A DNA stretch of 64,000 nucleotides from Mustelus asterias (Eukaryota), in contig NC_135830.1 of assembly GCF_964213995.1 (NCBI RefSeq), positions 992,001 through 1,056,000 on the forward strand, read 5' to 3'. Both the position numbers and the translations under genes were made by a program. Each line of letters opens with the position of its first letter. Within the stretch, counting starts at the first letter, position 1. This document shows, in pieces, positions 36,450 to 49,263 of the stretch. Below the pieces are notes generated by a model. It made no database searches. It was not told the DNA's origin and was given only the letters and a program-made list of their open reading frames with translations.

Positions 36450-37881
36450 TAGATACAATCGGTCTTATAAACAGTAAAACATGAACACTGATCATAACAG
36501 GCTAAAATTTCCTGACAGAGCGAACAGTAATTTGATGGATTGTCTTCACTGCTCTATCTCTGGGACAGTTGGACTCTCCCCAGTCTTGTGTCTCCGAAGT
36601 CTCCTGCGGATTTTGCTCGACAGGAGACAGTGTTTAACGAACTGTTTAATTAACTGTTTAACTAACAAATTGATCAGCAGAACCAACAGTAAAGGAACTT
36701 CTACAACACATAAATAGGGAGTTGTTGGAAAGCCAATATCGATCATCACAAGTGAAGTTCCAGAAAGTGTTCTTTAGACTGAACAGTGCACTCACTATTC
36801 CGAGAACCACAGCTGCTGTTTTCTCGGTGCAGTATTTCATTAGCAGTTTCTTACAAGTAATGGCCATGAATCGATCAAAGGTGAAAGTGACAGTGAACCA
36901 GACAGAACAACCAGCGACTGAAAAAAGCAGGACAGCACGGATGTTGCACACTTGAATATTTTTCCTGAACTGAAATTGATCACTCAAACTAATAGGTATT
37001 TGCCTCAATATGAGATCGATGATGATGATCAGTAGATTTCCCACTGACATGGAAATTAGATAATGTGAGACACATTTGTCCGCACCTTCCTAGAGATAGA
37101 ATAAGAAGCTTCAATTAGTTGACTGTAAGGAAGAGGGACACAATTAACTCAGATTTCAGACTGAGACCATGAGAAGCTGTCAGTCAGGATTCTGGGAAAC
37201 AGAAGAAGCACTTTTAATGAATCCAGACACAGAATAGAATGGCTTCACCTGTTCCATTTGAGACAGGGTTTAAAGTAGAAAAACACCGCACTGTTGTAGC
37301 AAGAATCCAAATTCAGCAACAGGTCAGAGCTCTAATTTTATCCCTTCTCCAGATTTATATTTGGGAGACACAATGTTGCCAGCGGTTTTGAACCTAAGGT
37401 TTTTTGTCTGGATTACAATGTTGTGGCTGTTCTGCAGACTACATTTGTAGATGTTGGATGAGCTGATTTGGAATTCACTGTGAGTCTGAAAAGTTTTATT
37501 TTTATTTGACTTAGGTAAGATTCTGTAGTCACTAAGGCAGCAAGCATCAAAGCGCCTGGGAGTGTGTGGGAGGGAGGGGTGGTGGGTGGGGGTGGAGAGG
37601 GTGGCTTCAGCAGAGGGGGAAGAGGAGCCTGTTTCCCGGTGGTAGGGAGTGGAGAGAGGTTGTCAGGCGGGAGAGAGATGTGTTCCCAATTCATTAGAAG
37701 ATTCAAACCAGGACGGTTACATAGAATTATGTTAATAGCCCGGTTTCATGGATGAAGACAATAAATACAGTGAAATATGACTCACCAGTTACACCAACTG
37801 CAGTGAGGAGCGGGTCGTAATTCTTTGGATACCTTGAAGTACCCAAGAAATATGGGGCTCAAGTTGAATAATCCAGAACAT
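36450..37881 (-). pseudogene. Two-exon class-A GPCR pseudogene (GPR139/GPR142-like); exon 1 about 37786-37881, exon 2 from 37122
   Basis: YDPLLTAVGVT|GT donor, AG|VN*; TM2 SMSVGNLLIIIIDLILRQI, TM3 SVWFTVTFTFDRFMAI, KYCTEKTAAVVL; in-frame stops and frameshifts. Confidence 0.8.
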
Positions 37882-37910
37882 GGTTGGACTGTCTCTGAGA
37901 TTCAATGATC

Positions 37911-38470
37911 GCTTATAGAAAGGATATTATTAAACTAGAAGTAGTGCAGAAAATGTTTACCAGGATGCTACCAGGACGTTTCCATAGAATTATGTTAATA
38001 GCCGGGTTTCATGGATTTTCAGTTATAAGGAGAGACTGGACAGGCTGGGGCTTTTTCCCTGGAGCGTTGGAAGCTTAATGGTGATCTTATACAGGTATAT
38101 GAAATAAGAAGAGGCGTAGTTAAAGTAGATAGTTCACACATTTTCCCAAAGGTAGGAAAGTCCAAAAGTAGAGGGTATAAGTTTAAAGTGATAGGGGAGA
38201 GATACAAAAGGGTGCAGAAGGGCATTTTCTTTTTTCACTCAAAGTGTGGTGAGTGTCTGGAACGAGTTGCCAGAAGTAGGAGCAGCACCGTGTACAATTT
38301 TCTCCTTTAAAAAGCATTTAGACAGTTACATGGGTGAGGTTAGCATCGACGGATATGGGCCAAACGTGGGCAATTGCGACTATCTTAATGGTAACAACTT
38401 GGCAACATGGACAAGTTGGGATGATGGGTGTGTTTCTATGCTGTAAACCTCTATGACTCGACTCTATGAC
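37911..38470 (+). mobile_element. CR1 3' fragment, same subfamily as 15016-15904
   Basis: RKDIIKLE...WNELPEV coding and CTCTATGA tail. Confidence 0.85.
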
Positions 38471-38816
38471 ATAAATTCAGACTACAATTTCAGAATTTCA
38501 ATCAACTTATCATGGGGAATTTATTTGGAGATTCAGGGAATATTAATGATCCTTCTATTGATATGAAAGGTGCCAGAGGCAGGATGATTACAAATTTCAC
38601 ACTGGTGCTATTCAGCAAAAAAAATCACAGATCTGGACCAAATAAAAGAAGGCAGTTCCCCTCACATTGTTCACAGATATTATTTGATGACACAACAGCA
38701 ACGGTGTTTCATTTCATACTTCATAACATCGGGCAGTTAGCAATTCATTATTTGTAAAGATAAGATTGGCTCAGTGTTCCTTCAGCTGACGAGAGGCCAG
38801 GAGTTGATTTTTGACT

Positions 38817-39106
38817 GGGGCGGCACGGTGGTGCAGTGGTTAGCATTGCTGCCTCACAGTGCCAGGAACCCGGGTTCGATTCCAGCCTTGGTCACTGTCT
38901 GTGTTGAGTCTGCACTTTCTCCCCTTGTCGGCGTGGGTTTGCTCCGGTTTCCTCTCACAGTCTAAAGACGTGTCGGTTCGGTGAATTGGCCATGCTGAAT
39001 TCCCCCTAGTGTCAGTGGTGTAAATGTGTGGGGTTGCAGGAATAGGGCTTGGGTGGGATGGGCCGAGTGGCCTCCTTCTGCACTGCAGGATTCTATGGTT
39101 CTATGA
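38817..39106 (+). mobile_element. HE1-related SINE
   Basis: GGGGCGGCACGG head, GGTTCGATTCC B box, TTCTATGA tail. Confidence 0.88.
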
Positions 39107-39198
39107 CCCATGTGAAATCATCGAATTCTTCTGAGCACTGTAGACATTAACTGACTTCAAGAGGTATTCGCTGAACTGGCCAGGCTGACAAATTATTT

Positions 39199-39279
39199 TG
39201 TCAGTGATGAGATTCAAACCCAGCGTCCCTACAAACTTGATCTGAAAGCCAGCACCTTAGACCATTGAACCGTATTACC
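39199..39279 (-). pseudogene. tRNA-Leu pseudogene
   Basis: GGTAATACGG..TGGTCTAAGGTGCTGG..long variable arm..GGGTTTGAATCTCA; mismatched stems. Confidence 0.6.
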
Positions 39280-39480
39280 ACTTTGACTCTCAAACTCACT
39301 GTTGCCCTGCGTGATATCGACACTGAATACAATACATGACAACAGGAATAGAACACTGTATCGGAAGGTTCTTGTAATTGTCGCTCAGGGCTTGTTTACC
39401 GTCTGTTTGATGGAGGATTAACTCTGTATAACAAACGCTCAGATCGCTGTTTCATTCAATGAGGAATTCCTCTTCACTGT

Positions 39481-40982
39481 AACATAGAAACACAGAAAAC
39501 TACAGCACCAAAATAGGCCCTTCGGCCCCACAAGTTGTGCCGAACACATCCCTACCTTTTAGGCCTACCTATAACCCTCCATCCTATTAAGTCCCATGTA
39601 CTCATCCAGGAGTCTCTTAAAAGACCCGATTGAGTTTGCCTCCACCACCACTGACGGCAGCCGATTCCACTCGCCCACCACTGTCTGTGTGAAAAACTTC
39701 CCCCTAACATTTCCCCTGTACCTACACCCCAGCACTTTAAACCTGTGTCCTCTCATAGCAGCCATTTCCACCCTAGGAACAAGCCTCTGAGAGTCCACCC
39801 GATCTATGCCTCTCAGCATCTTATATACCTCTATTAGGTCTCCTCTCATCCTACGTTTCTCCAAGGAGAAAAGACCGAGCTCCCTCAGCCTATCCTCATA
39901 AGGCATGCCACTCAATCCAGGCAACATCCTTGTAAATCGCCCCTGCACCCTTTCAATCTTTTCCACATCCTTCCTGTAATGAGGCGACCAGAACTGAGCA
40001 CAGTACTCCAAGTGGGGTCTGACGAGGGTCTTTTATAGCTGCATCATTATCCCCGGACTCCTAAACTCAATCCCTCGATTGATAAAGGCCAGCACACCAT
40101 ACGCCTTCTTAACCACCTCCTCCACCTGCGGGGTCGATTTTCGAGGCCTATGGACCCGGACCCCAAGGTCCTTCTGATCCTCTACAGGACTAAGAGTCTT
40201 TCCCTTTATATTGTACTCCTTCATCCCATTTGACCTGCCAAAATGGACCACTACGCATTTATCTGGGTTGAAGTCCATCTGCCACATGTCCGCCCAGTCT
40301 TGCATCCTATCTATGTCCCTCTGTAACTTCTGACATCCCTCCAGACTATCCACAATCCCATCAACCTTCGTGTCGTCCCTCCACTTCCTCTTCCAGGTCA
40401 TTTATGAAAATGACAAACAGCAAGGGTCCCAGAACAGATCCCTGGGGCACACCACTGGTGACCGACCTCCATTTAGAAAAAGACCCATCTATACACACTC
40501 TCTGCCTTCTGCAGGCAAGCCAGTTCTGGATCCACAGGGCAGCAGCCCCTTGGATCCCATGCCCTCTCACTTTTTCTAGAAGCCTTGCATGGGGGACCTC
40601 ATCGAACGCCTTGCTAAAATCCATATAAACCACATCTACCGCTTTCCCTTCGTCAATGTGTTAAGTCACATTTTCGAAGAACTCCACCAGGCACGTAAGG
40701 CACGATCTGCCTTCAACAAAGCCATGCTGATAATTCTTGAGCATACTAAACCTCTCTAAATGCTCATAAATCGTGTCCCTCAGGATCTTCTCCATCAGCT
40801 TACCAACCACTAAGGTTAGACTCACCGGTCGGTAATTTCCTGGGCTATCCCTATTCCCCTTCTTGGAAATAGGAACCACATCCGCAATCATCCAATCCTC
40901 CGGCACCTCTCCCGTCTCCATCGATGATGCAAAGGTCATTGCCAGAGGCTCTGCAATCTCTTCCCTCGTCTCCCACAGTAAC
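39481..40982 (-). mobile_element. CR1 fragment (frameshifted RT)
   Basis: ORFs 39565..40011, 40033..40401, 40361..40633, 40661..40939. Confidence 0.93.
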
Positions 40983-41010
40983 AGTTCACATAGCGGTGAA
41001 ATCGAATTCA

Positions 41011-41070
41011 GCCTTAGCCAGGAATGGAACAGCTGTGAAAGCTCCGAATCCTAACCACTAGACAAGCTGG
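41011..41070 (-). pseudogene. tRNA-Glu(TTC) pseudogene
   Basis: GTCTAGTGGTTAGGATTCGGAGCTTTCAC; deletion in the T arm. Confidence 0.7.
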
Positions 41071-41482
41071 TCGTGTCCTTCCCAATTAGCTGAGAATGAT
41101 CAGTTTACCTATTGCCTTCCTTGTGGTCCCTGACACAATAAACACGTTTCTCAGATAAAATAGTCTGTTTAGAAAAAGATTATTCACCTTAAATTGAGCC
41201 TGGGATGTACTGTTAAGAGCATTAACTCTGAACCAATGGACCACTCGGGCTCCACTATCACAGGTCAATGTTGCCTTGTCCATCATCCCTTGTGTTATTT
41301 AATCATGCTGCCTTGCTCTGCATCACAGAACTTTCCCTTTTTTTTCATTCTTTTCATTTTAACCATTTGCTTCCAGACTTACAATCATAAAATATGGAAT
41401 TACTCAATGGCCAGTTAATAGTACATGGTAAATCAACAAATAATTGAACTTTTCCTCATTATGAAATTAAAATAATTTGACA

Positions 41483-41555
41483 ACATTACTGCCGGGTTTG
41501 ACTGGAGAGCTCTTTGTGTGTAAGGCGAGTGTGATAACCAGCACACTACAGAAAC
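41483..41555 (-). pseudogene. tRNA-Val pseudogene
   Basis: GTTTCTGTAGTGTGCTGGTTATCACACTCGCCTTACAC; 3' half degenerate. Confidence 0.72.
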
Positions 41556-43097
41556 ATGTAAGCAATGCTGCATTTCAGACTGTGCAGTTATGCTCTGATT
41601 CAGGAACTTATTTTGCAGAGATAGAAATTGGACAGGTTATTTCGGAATGTTGTAGAGGAATTAATTGAACAATAAAATCGTAAAATTACACAACACAGCA
41701 TGAGACCATTCGACCCTTCATGTCTACGGCAGTTTGTTTTCAAACACCTAATCTGTTAGTTCCAATGTCTTTGGCTTTCATCAATACCCTGCATTGCCTT
41801 CATTTCAAATGATTTTTCCAATTCTCTTTTTGAAAACTCTGAGTTTAAACAAAAATCAATATTAAAAGAGGTGTGTCAGCTTCTGCGGTGCCCATGCACA
41901 GTGTATGCATATTAACAACATTCTCCTGACCCAATGGCATGAATAATTAACAGGAATCCTTATATAATTTTGGAACTAAGAACATAGGAACATCAGAATT
42001 AAGAGCAGAATAGTCAAAATCACCCCTCTCTGCTCCGCCATTCAATAAGATCATGTCTGACCTCTCTTTGGTCTCACATCGAACTCCCCACCTTCCCATG
42101 ACCCTATTTCCCTTTTATATCAGAAATATGCCGATCTCTCTCTTGAAACCATTCAACGATTCAGACTTCATATTTACATTAATTTATGTAATTGATTCTG
42201 TACATTTTCGAGGATCAGTGTTGGCTTTGGAAACAGGGCAGTGCTAATCCAGCTGAATGTCAGTTCTGGGATGCAAATGGATATTCTCCATTAAGATCCT
42301 CACAAACTACCCCTGTGTTAACTCACAGAACGTCTGATTCACCCAGTCACCCGCTAGTCGCTGACCTACATAGCTTCCTGGTAAAAGATTGGAGCAATTT
42401 TAAGTTTCTGATCCTCCTGTGTAAGTTACTTGGTGGCATTTTTCCTCCCTATCTCTCGATCGCCTCGTACAGCATGATTTTCTGAGGAATCTCTGCTCCT
42501 CAAATTCTATAGACATGATGGTCGAAGGTCCTCTCTTAGTGATGTGCCATTTGATGATGACATCATTCCATCAGTCTGTCTGCACTATTCCCACTGTGAA
42601 CAGTAGAATTCAATTTCTGCAACGTCTGGACCCAAAGTGTGGAAGCTTCACAAAGCGGTGTGGCAATCTAGACAGTTCCACTCGGTTCTCAAAGTGCAGA
42701 CTTTCAGTAGGGTACTAACGAGCATGGTCTCTTCGCTCAGAGGAACTCTTCTGTTCGAAAAGAAATCAAAATATTATGAAAACATGCTCGTTGAAGCACG
42801 TGCTCTGCCCAGCAAGAAACAAGTGAAAAGATGCTGCCTCTGACTTCTTGAGTTTTTCTTGCATTTTCGAAGAGCAATGTTCACATCAAGCTGTTATAAA
42901 CATTGCTGTGGTACATTTGCTGAACAATATTATCTCATCACAGCTCTGCTTTCGTCACAACGGAAACCAGTGTAAAAATATGACCAAAAAAATCAAATCT
43001 TAACAACATGCACAAGACTGGAAGGAGAGTGTGGTTTTGGATCACGAGCACTGTGCCCATTACTGTTATCAACAACTGGGAAACTGGGAGGATGAGA

Positions 43098-43150
43098 TCC
43101 TGGTGGTCTAGTGGTTCAGATTTGGCACATTCACCACCATAGCTGGGCTA
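43098..43150 (+). pseudogene. tRNA-Glu pseudogene (5' part)
   Basis: TCCTGGTGGTCTAGTGGTTCAGATTTGGCACATTCACC. Confidence 0.65.
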
Positions 43151-43648
43151 TAATATATTCGATATATGAAGATTCATTGTTTTTAATCATCTGTTTTAGG
43201 AGCCTTGATTGCTTCCTGATTGAAAACAGTTTTGTCAGAATCAGTGGAGTGAAGTTTAAAGTTTTGCGCGTCCGGGTTAAATTTTTCACATGGGCCACAG
43301 TTCAAAAACATGAGAAGGGCAGTGATTGGGTGCAAAGCGCTGATGGTAGAGATGATGATTCAAGGCAGAAAATCTGCCTGGAAATTGGTCAGATTTCATC
43401 GTTTACACTGGCAGAAACATCGTCCTGATCAGGATGCAAGTCTCGGGCTAAATCAACAGAAAGCCTTTCTCTGAATAAAACACCAAACTCTTCGATTCCG
43501 GTGAAGTGGAGGCAGTTTTGACTCAGAAGCTAATAAGTGTGAGGTTAACAAAGCGGGATGGAGAATGACTCAGTTTGAGCGGTGACACTGCCGGAGGAAT
43601 GGGGAGCTGGAGTTCACCCAGGATAGGGGCAAAGTTTAAAAATAACGG

Positions 43649-43718
43649 TGCCCAACCTGGCGCTCGAACCCACGACCTGAGATTGAGTCTGATGCTCTTT
43701 AAACTGAGCTAGCGGTGC
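43649..43718 (-). pseudogene. tRNA-Lys(CTT)-derived pseudogene
   Basis: GCTAGCTCAGT..AGAGCATCAGACTCAATCTCAGGTCGTGGGTTCGAGCGCCAGGTTGGGC; anticodon-loop deletion. Confidence 0.78.
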
Positions 43719-44699
43719 AGCTGTGGTGGCAAAAAATATTTCATATTCCCAGTTCTTCCTACAAAATCACATGTTTAGCTCGAACACAAATTATTTGTTC
43801 AGCCAATGGAAACAATGATTTTTTTGGCCGGAACATGAAGTGAACATTGAGGTGAAATAGTCCCACGTGCGTAACTTTCAATTTCCAAAACCCATCAAAT
43901 TATTGACTGCGGCTCCAGTGACACATACAAGATCAGACACAGCAAGCAGCATGATGGCACAGTGGTTAACACTGCTCCCTCACACCGCTAGGGAGCCGGG
44001 TTTGATTCCCTGCTCTGGTCATTCTCTGTGTGGAGGTTGCACATTCTCCTGCGGGTTTCCTCCGGGTGCTGCACCTCAGAGCTCTGCAATCTCTCATCAT
44101 TTAGTTAATGAGCAGATTTATATTGTTTTTTTCTGCTAAAATTGACAATTTCACTTTTCCTGAAATTATAATCTGTTTGCCAGACATTTGCCCTTTAAAT
44201 TAATTTATCTATGTCCCAATTGTAGCCTAATCACATCCTCTTCATAATGTGCTTTCATACCTATCTTTGTGTCAACAGCAAATTCAGGAACCAGACTTTC
44301 AGTCTTTTACATAAGTTATAAACAGTTGAGGCCCCAGCACCAATCCCTCTAGCAGACCACTCGTCACTTCCTACCAGCCAGATTATTCCTCAGTGAGAGC
44401 AGCTCTGTTCCCTGTTAGCTCTCCAATGTCCTATCCAAGCCAATACATCACACTCTGCGCAATGTGATTTTAATTTCTGCAATAACCTTTAATGTGACAA
44501 CATACCAAATGCCTTCCAGAAATCTAGGTACAGCACAGCCATTGGTTCCCCTTTATCCACAGCTCTTGTGAGTCCTGCAATGTACTTTGCAATGGCCTCA
44601 TTCTGCGGTGTTATCTTACTGTGATTCTTTGTTTCCCTCATACTGAGGCCATGAGCCGAGAAGCTTTTCCCAATTAATCACTCCGGACGTCCACCCTGT

Positions 44700-44745
44700 C
44701 AGATTCGTTGAGAGCACTGAATCCTAACCAGTAGACCATCAGTGA
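44700..44745 (-). pseudogene. tRNA-Glu(CTC) pseudogene (5' half)
   Basis: TCACTGATGGTCTACTGGTTAGGATTCAGTGCTCTCA. Confidence 0.6.
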
Positions 44746-45241
44746 AGTTGATGGGAGTTATTTGAAAGCCTAATTTATCCACCAAAAACAAGTTTCTCCT
44801 TCAAATTGTCATGTTTAGATTGAACATAAGTGACTGCTTCAGCCAATGATAAAAGCAATTATTGTTATCTGAAATATGGAATCAGCAGTATGGTGAAATA
44901 ATCCCGCAAGCTGCTCCTGTGTAACTTTCAATTTCCAAAACCCACCAACCTCATCACTGTGGCTCCTGTGAAAGTTATAATGTAACACATGGCAGACATT
45001 CATCACTGAGAACAACTGACACAAATCATTTACTAAACACTATCATGTCAGATCTCTTCCTGTTTCTGTCACTGCCTGTCGTCCTGCTCCCTCTGGCCGT
45101 CCAGCTCCCAGGGTCAAACTGGCTGCTTTCTGGAGACACAGGCAGTTGGTGAACCCGAGCTTTACCTGGAAAGCAGGGGCAAGGGAGTGCAAGACACACG
45201 GTACCTGGAGGAGATGAAATTTAGAGATGACAGTATGAAGA

Positions 45242-45788
45242 GATGTGGAGATGCAGGCGTTGGACTGGGGTAAACACAGTAAGAAGTCTCACAACACCAG
45301 GTTAAAGTCCAACAGGTTTATTTGCTAGCACTAGCCACTAGCTTTCGGAGCGCTGCTCCTTCGTCAGATAAGTGGGAGCTCTGTTCACAAACAGGGCATA
45401 CCTGTAAAGACTTGATTACCTGTAAAGACTCGCATTCCAACCATTATTTTGTAAATTGAGTTTGTGTCTTTATATGCCTGGTTTGTGAACAGAACTCCCA
45501 CTCACCTGATGAAGGAGCAGCGCTCCAAAAGCTAATGGCTTTTGCTACCAAATAAACCTGTTGGACTTTAACCTGGTGTTGTGAGACTTCTTACGGTGTT
45601 TACCCGAGGCCAACGCCGGCATCTCCCCATCTCTTTATACTGTCGTCTCTAAACTTCATATATATATGTCCTGTTTGTGAACAGACCTCCCACTTACCTG
45701 ACGAAGGAGCAGCGCTCCGAAAGCTTGTGTGGCTTTTGCTACCAAATAAACCTGTTGGACTTTAACCTGGTGTTGTGAGACTTCTTAC
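45242..45788. mobile_element. Non-autonomous Penelope pLTR composite (one inverted plus two forward copies) with three hammerhead motifs
   Basis: Matches pLTR 31560-31776; hammerhead motifs at 45336-45370 (-), 45503-45537 (+, GAAA mutated) and 45695-45729 (+); 14-bp TSD. Confidence 0.88.
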
Positions 45789-46134
45789 AGTATAAAGAGA
45801 CACAGATATCTCATCTTCCTGATCCTCCTAGTTACTGATTACAGGAATGTACACAGTGCCAATTATCTACAGTCACACTCTCCTTCCAGCCTTCAGCATG
45901 GAGTTAAGTTTTCATCCAAGTGTTTTACGTCTCGCGACAGTTGTTCAGGGTTTTGTTGAGACACATCTGAAACAGTGAGTGTAGTTTGCATCTCCACATT
46001 TAAGACAGAATAAAAGCAAAATACTGAGGTTGCTGGAATCTGAATCAAATGCTGCAAAATCAAAACAGGTCTGACAGCATCAGTGGAGAGAGGATGGAGT
46101 CAACACTTTGTGTCAGGATGACTCTTCGTCAGAG

Positions 46135-46880
46135 CAGGCTATACTTGTATTGGAGACAGTACAACAAAGGTTCACTCGATACTTCTCTGGGATGAGGGCG
46201 TTGTCCTGTGATGCCTGGCTGACTAAATTTGACCGAAATTCTCTGGTGGTTTAGCGGAATGACAGGAGATCTCATGGAAACCTAAGCACTACTGACTGAG
46301 TGCAGCAATGCTGCCTCACAGTGTCAGGGACACAGGTTCAATTCTGGCCTCGGGACTGTGTGGAGTTTGTTTGTTCTCCCTGTGTCGACGTGGCTTTCCT
46401 TCCTGGTGATTCTCTTTCCTCCCACAGTCCAAAGATGTGTGGGTTCAATGGATTGGCCATGCTAACTGGTCCTTCAGTGTCAGAGGGATTAGCAAGTTAA
46501 ATGCAAGGTGTTACGGGGATATGGCGTCAGTGGGATTGTTGTCACTGCATGCTCGGTGGGCCGAATGGCTTTCTTCTGTACTGCAGGGATTCTATGATTC
46601 CATGAGTTTGATAGAGTGGATGCTGAGAGATTATTTTCCCTGTTTGGGGAATCCAAAACACGAGGGCACAATCTCAGGGTAAGGCACCAATTATTTATGA
46701 CCGGGATGAGAAGACATTGCTTCACTCAAAGTGATCGTGAATCTTCCGAATTCTCTATCCCAGAGGGTCGTAGACACTCCATCATTGAACTCATTTCAGC
46801 CTGGGTTAGACAGATTTCTGATCTGTCCAGGAATGAAAGGGTGCAGGAATATGGAATTGGAACAAATGCTCACCCACAAA
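46135..46880 (+). mobile_element. Old CR1 fragment with nested SINE (about 46300-46603)
   Basis: ESKTRGHNL peptide in ORF 46616..46942; SINE core GTGTGGAGTTTG. Confidence 0.75.
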
Positions 46881-47090
46881 TTAATGTTTTGCTTCTAATT
46901 TTTATGTTTAATGGTATATATATATATATAAAATATGTTTGAACTCAACATTAATTAAATAATGTTGGTAACACCAGATAACTGTACAGCTGGTAACACC
47001 TGGGAGATAATTTTGTCGACGCCACAGGCCCACTGCCAACCTGCAACTGTTTGCCTATGAATGCTCATGGGGAGAAAGCTGCAAGAGCTC

Positions 47091-47164
47091 TGTTCCCATG
47101 TGGTTTTGAACCGCCAACCTTTCAGTTAATAGCCAAATGTGCTGATCAATTGTGCCTCAGAAGC
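47091..47164 (-). pseudogene. tRNA-Asn pseudogene
   Basis: GGCTATTAACTGAAAGGTTGGCGGTTCAAAACCAC; GTT anticodon decayed to ATT. Confidence 0.72.
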
Positions 47165-48117
47165 TGCACCAGCGCCTGCTAAAGATATTGTAAACCAGTG
47201 TGTCAATGACCACAATTCTATTTCTGCAAAACCTGATCCAGAACTACAGCATGATCGCACCGTTTATAATTTTATACAAGTCCTTTTGGTTATTTTGATC
47301 CGGCAGTATTGCTGTGGTATGTTTGTTATTCCCTTTCCACTACGGACGAGCAGGCAAAATAATCCATGCCTCTTATTACAAAAAAGGAATTCAATTCGAG
47401 GGAAGCCAATTGACCAGCAGAAGCCCAAGTCTCCAATACTTTCCACTCAATCACCATTAACACCATTCACAGCTGCACCTCCTTCCAAACATTGTGAACC
47501 ATTTCCCTCAAGGTTTGTTCCAGGAGTTAATATTTTCCTGGTTTTGTCCTCATTTTGGAATGCGATTCGCGCTTCAATATCCAACACAAATGGAATTGCA
47601 AACCTGACGGACAAACACTGGGGAACGAGTCTGGGAAATACTAATCACATGGTGCTCATTTTCAGGTTCACTACATTCAGCTTTTCAATCAAATGAAGGA
47701 ACTTATTCGTGAAAAGTTTTGGAAAGTTGGTATGAATATTGTTTGTGACTCACTCGGGTATTGTGTAAATGCTGGTCGAAGGTTCAATGAGCAGCATATA
47801 ATCTATCTGCGCTTTTCTGAGCCTGTGCTCAGTGTATTGGGAGGCTTGGCCCGGGTTGGATGACCTTGGGTCCCAGGGATGAACAGAGACCCGCTGACTG
47901 AAGCTGCAGTCACTGCTTTCTGCTGGCAGCGGGTGACTGAAGAGTGCTGGGTAAAATCCTGCTGCTTGTCCCTGTCTCACTCACTGTGGAGCCGGGGGAA
48001 AGAGAATCATTGATAGGGTTGTTTACCCATCTGAAATGTGGCTTCTAACCACTGTTGTTCATGGAGGGAACGCTGCTGAAACCTTTAATAATCTGACACA
48101 AATAAGTAGGTAGCAAT

Positions 48118-48212
48118 GCTCCAGTGGCGCGATTGGTTAGTGTGTGGTATTTATACAACAGTGCTGCCATTGGGCTATACCCAGGTTGTGAGTTCGAGTC
48201 TCACCTGCAGCA
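48118..48212 (+). pseudogene. Intron-containing tRNA-Ile(TAT) pseudogene
   Basis: GCTCCAGTGGCGCGATTGGTTAG..TTATA, ~20-nt intron, AGGTTGTGAGTTCGAGTCTCACCTGCAGCA, then a T run. Confidence 0.8.
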
Positions 48213-48224
48213 AATGTTTTCAGT

Positions 48225-48500
48225 GAGATGATGGCCCAGTCGTATTATCGCTAGACCAGCTGATGTTCTGGGGACCCGCCATGACAGCTGGTGGAATTCG
48301 AGTTCAACCAAAAAAAAAATCTGGAAGGAAAAATCCACTGCTGACCATGAAACCGCAGTCCATTGTTGGAAAAAACCCATGACTCACTAATGTTCTTGAG
48401 GGAAAGAAATCTGCTGTTCTTACCTGGTCTGTCCCACATGTGACTCCAGAGCCACAGCAATGTGGTTGTATCTCAACTCGGGGTCTTCTGGTCAGCGACG
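48225..48500 (+). mobile_element. Second SINE-like family (inverted related copy at about 51390-51720)
   Basis: Shared core GAAATCTGC..TTACC..GTCTG..GACTCCAGAGCCACAGCAATG. Confidence 0.65.
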
Positions 48501-49194
48501 CCCATGTTCTACGAGCGAACAAAACAAAAAAGCACGATTGTGCAAGCTTGAGAGAAACTTTCTGAATCGTCAGAGCTGGAAACGGGAGTCAGGGAAAAAT
48601 ATTGGCTTTGAGCTTGTACAGAACTGTAGAGGGATGGGGAAATGTAAAATAGTTATTAACAATAAATTATTGATCCTCACTCTGAGTTTAAAACAACGTC
48701 CAGATGCTCCTGCAGTCGTGAATTTCTGCTAAGAGCAGATGATTGGAGAGTGCGGGGTAAAATCCTGCTGCTTGTCCCTGTCTCACACACTGTGGATCAG
48801 GGGAAGAGAGAATCATTGATGTGTTTGTTTCGCCGTCTGAAATGTGTTTTCCAGAGACTGTTATTAACGGCTGCAGGAGCCTTTAATAATCTGACACAAA
48901 TCAACAGCAATCAGCCGGAATGTGCACATTGGAGAGAAGCTTTCTGAACCATCAGAGCTGGAAAGGAGAGTCAGTGAAATATAATCTGTTGGGTTTGAGT
49001 GTTTACTGAACTGTGAAAGGGAAAGATAAATGTAACACAGTGTGAAGTACAGCATTCAGTTAATAGAAACATAGAAAACTACAGCACAAAACAGGCCCTT
49101 CGGCCCCACAAGTTGTGCCGAACATATCCCATATTCAACAGTAAACTTGAGTTATTACTCTTTTCCTCACTCTGAGGTTAAAAGTATGTACAAA

Positions 49195-49263
49195 TGTTTC
49201 CGCCCACTTTCGAACCGGGCATCTTTCATTCGGTGAATGTGATAATCACTACACTACAGAAAC
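49195..49263 (-). pseudogene. tRNA-Val pseudogene
   Basis: GTTTCTGTAGTGTAGTGATTATCAC...CCCGGTTCGAAAGTGGGCGGAAACA; anticodon loop deleted. Confidence 0.8.

Noticed and set aside
47139-47696. 185-aa ORF
   Set aside because: No recognisable domain; begins within a tRNA relic; likely spurious.
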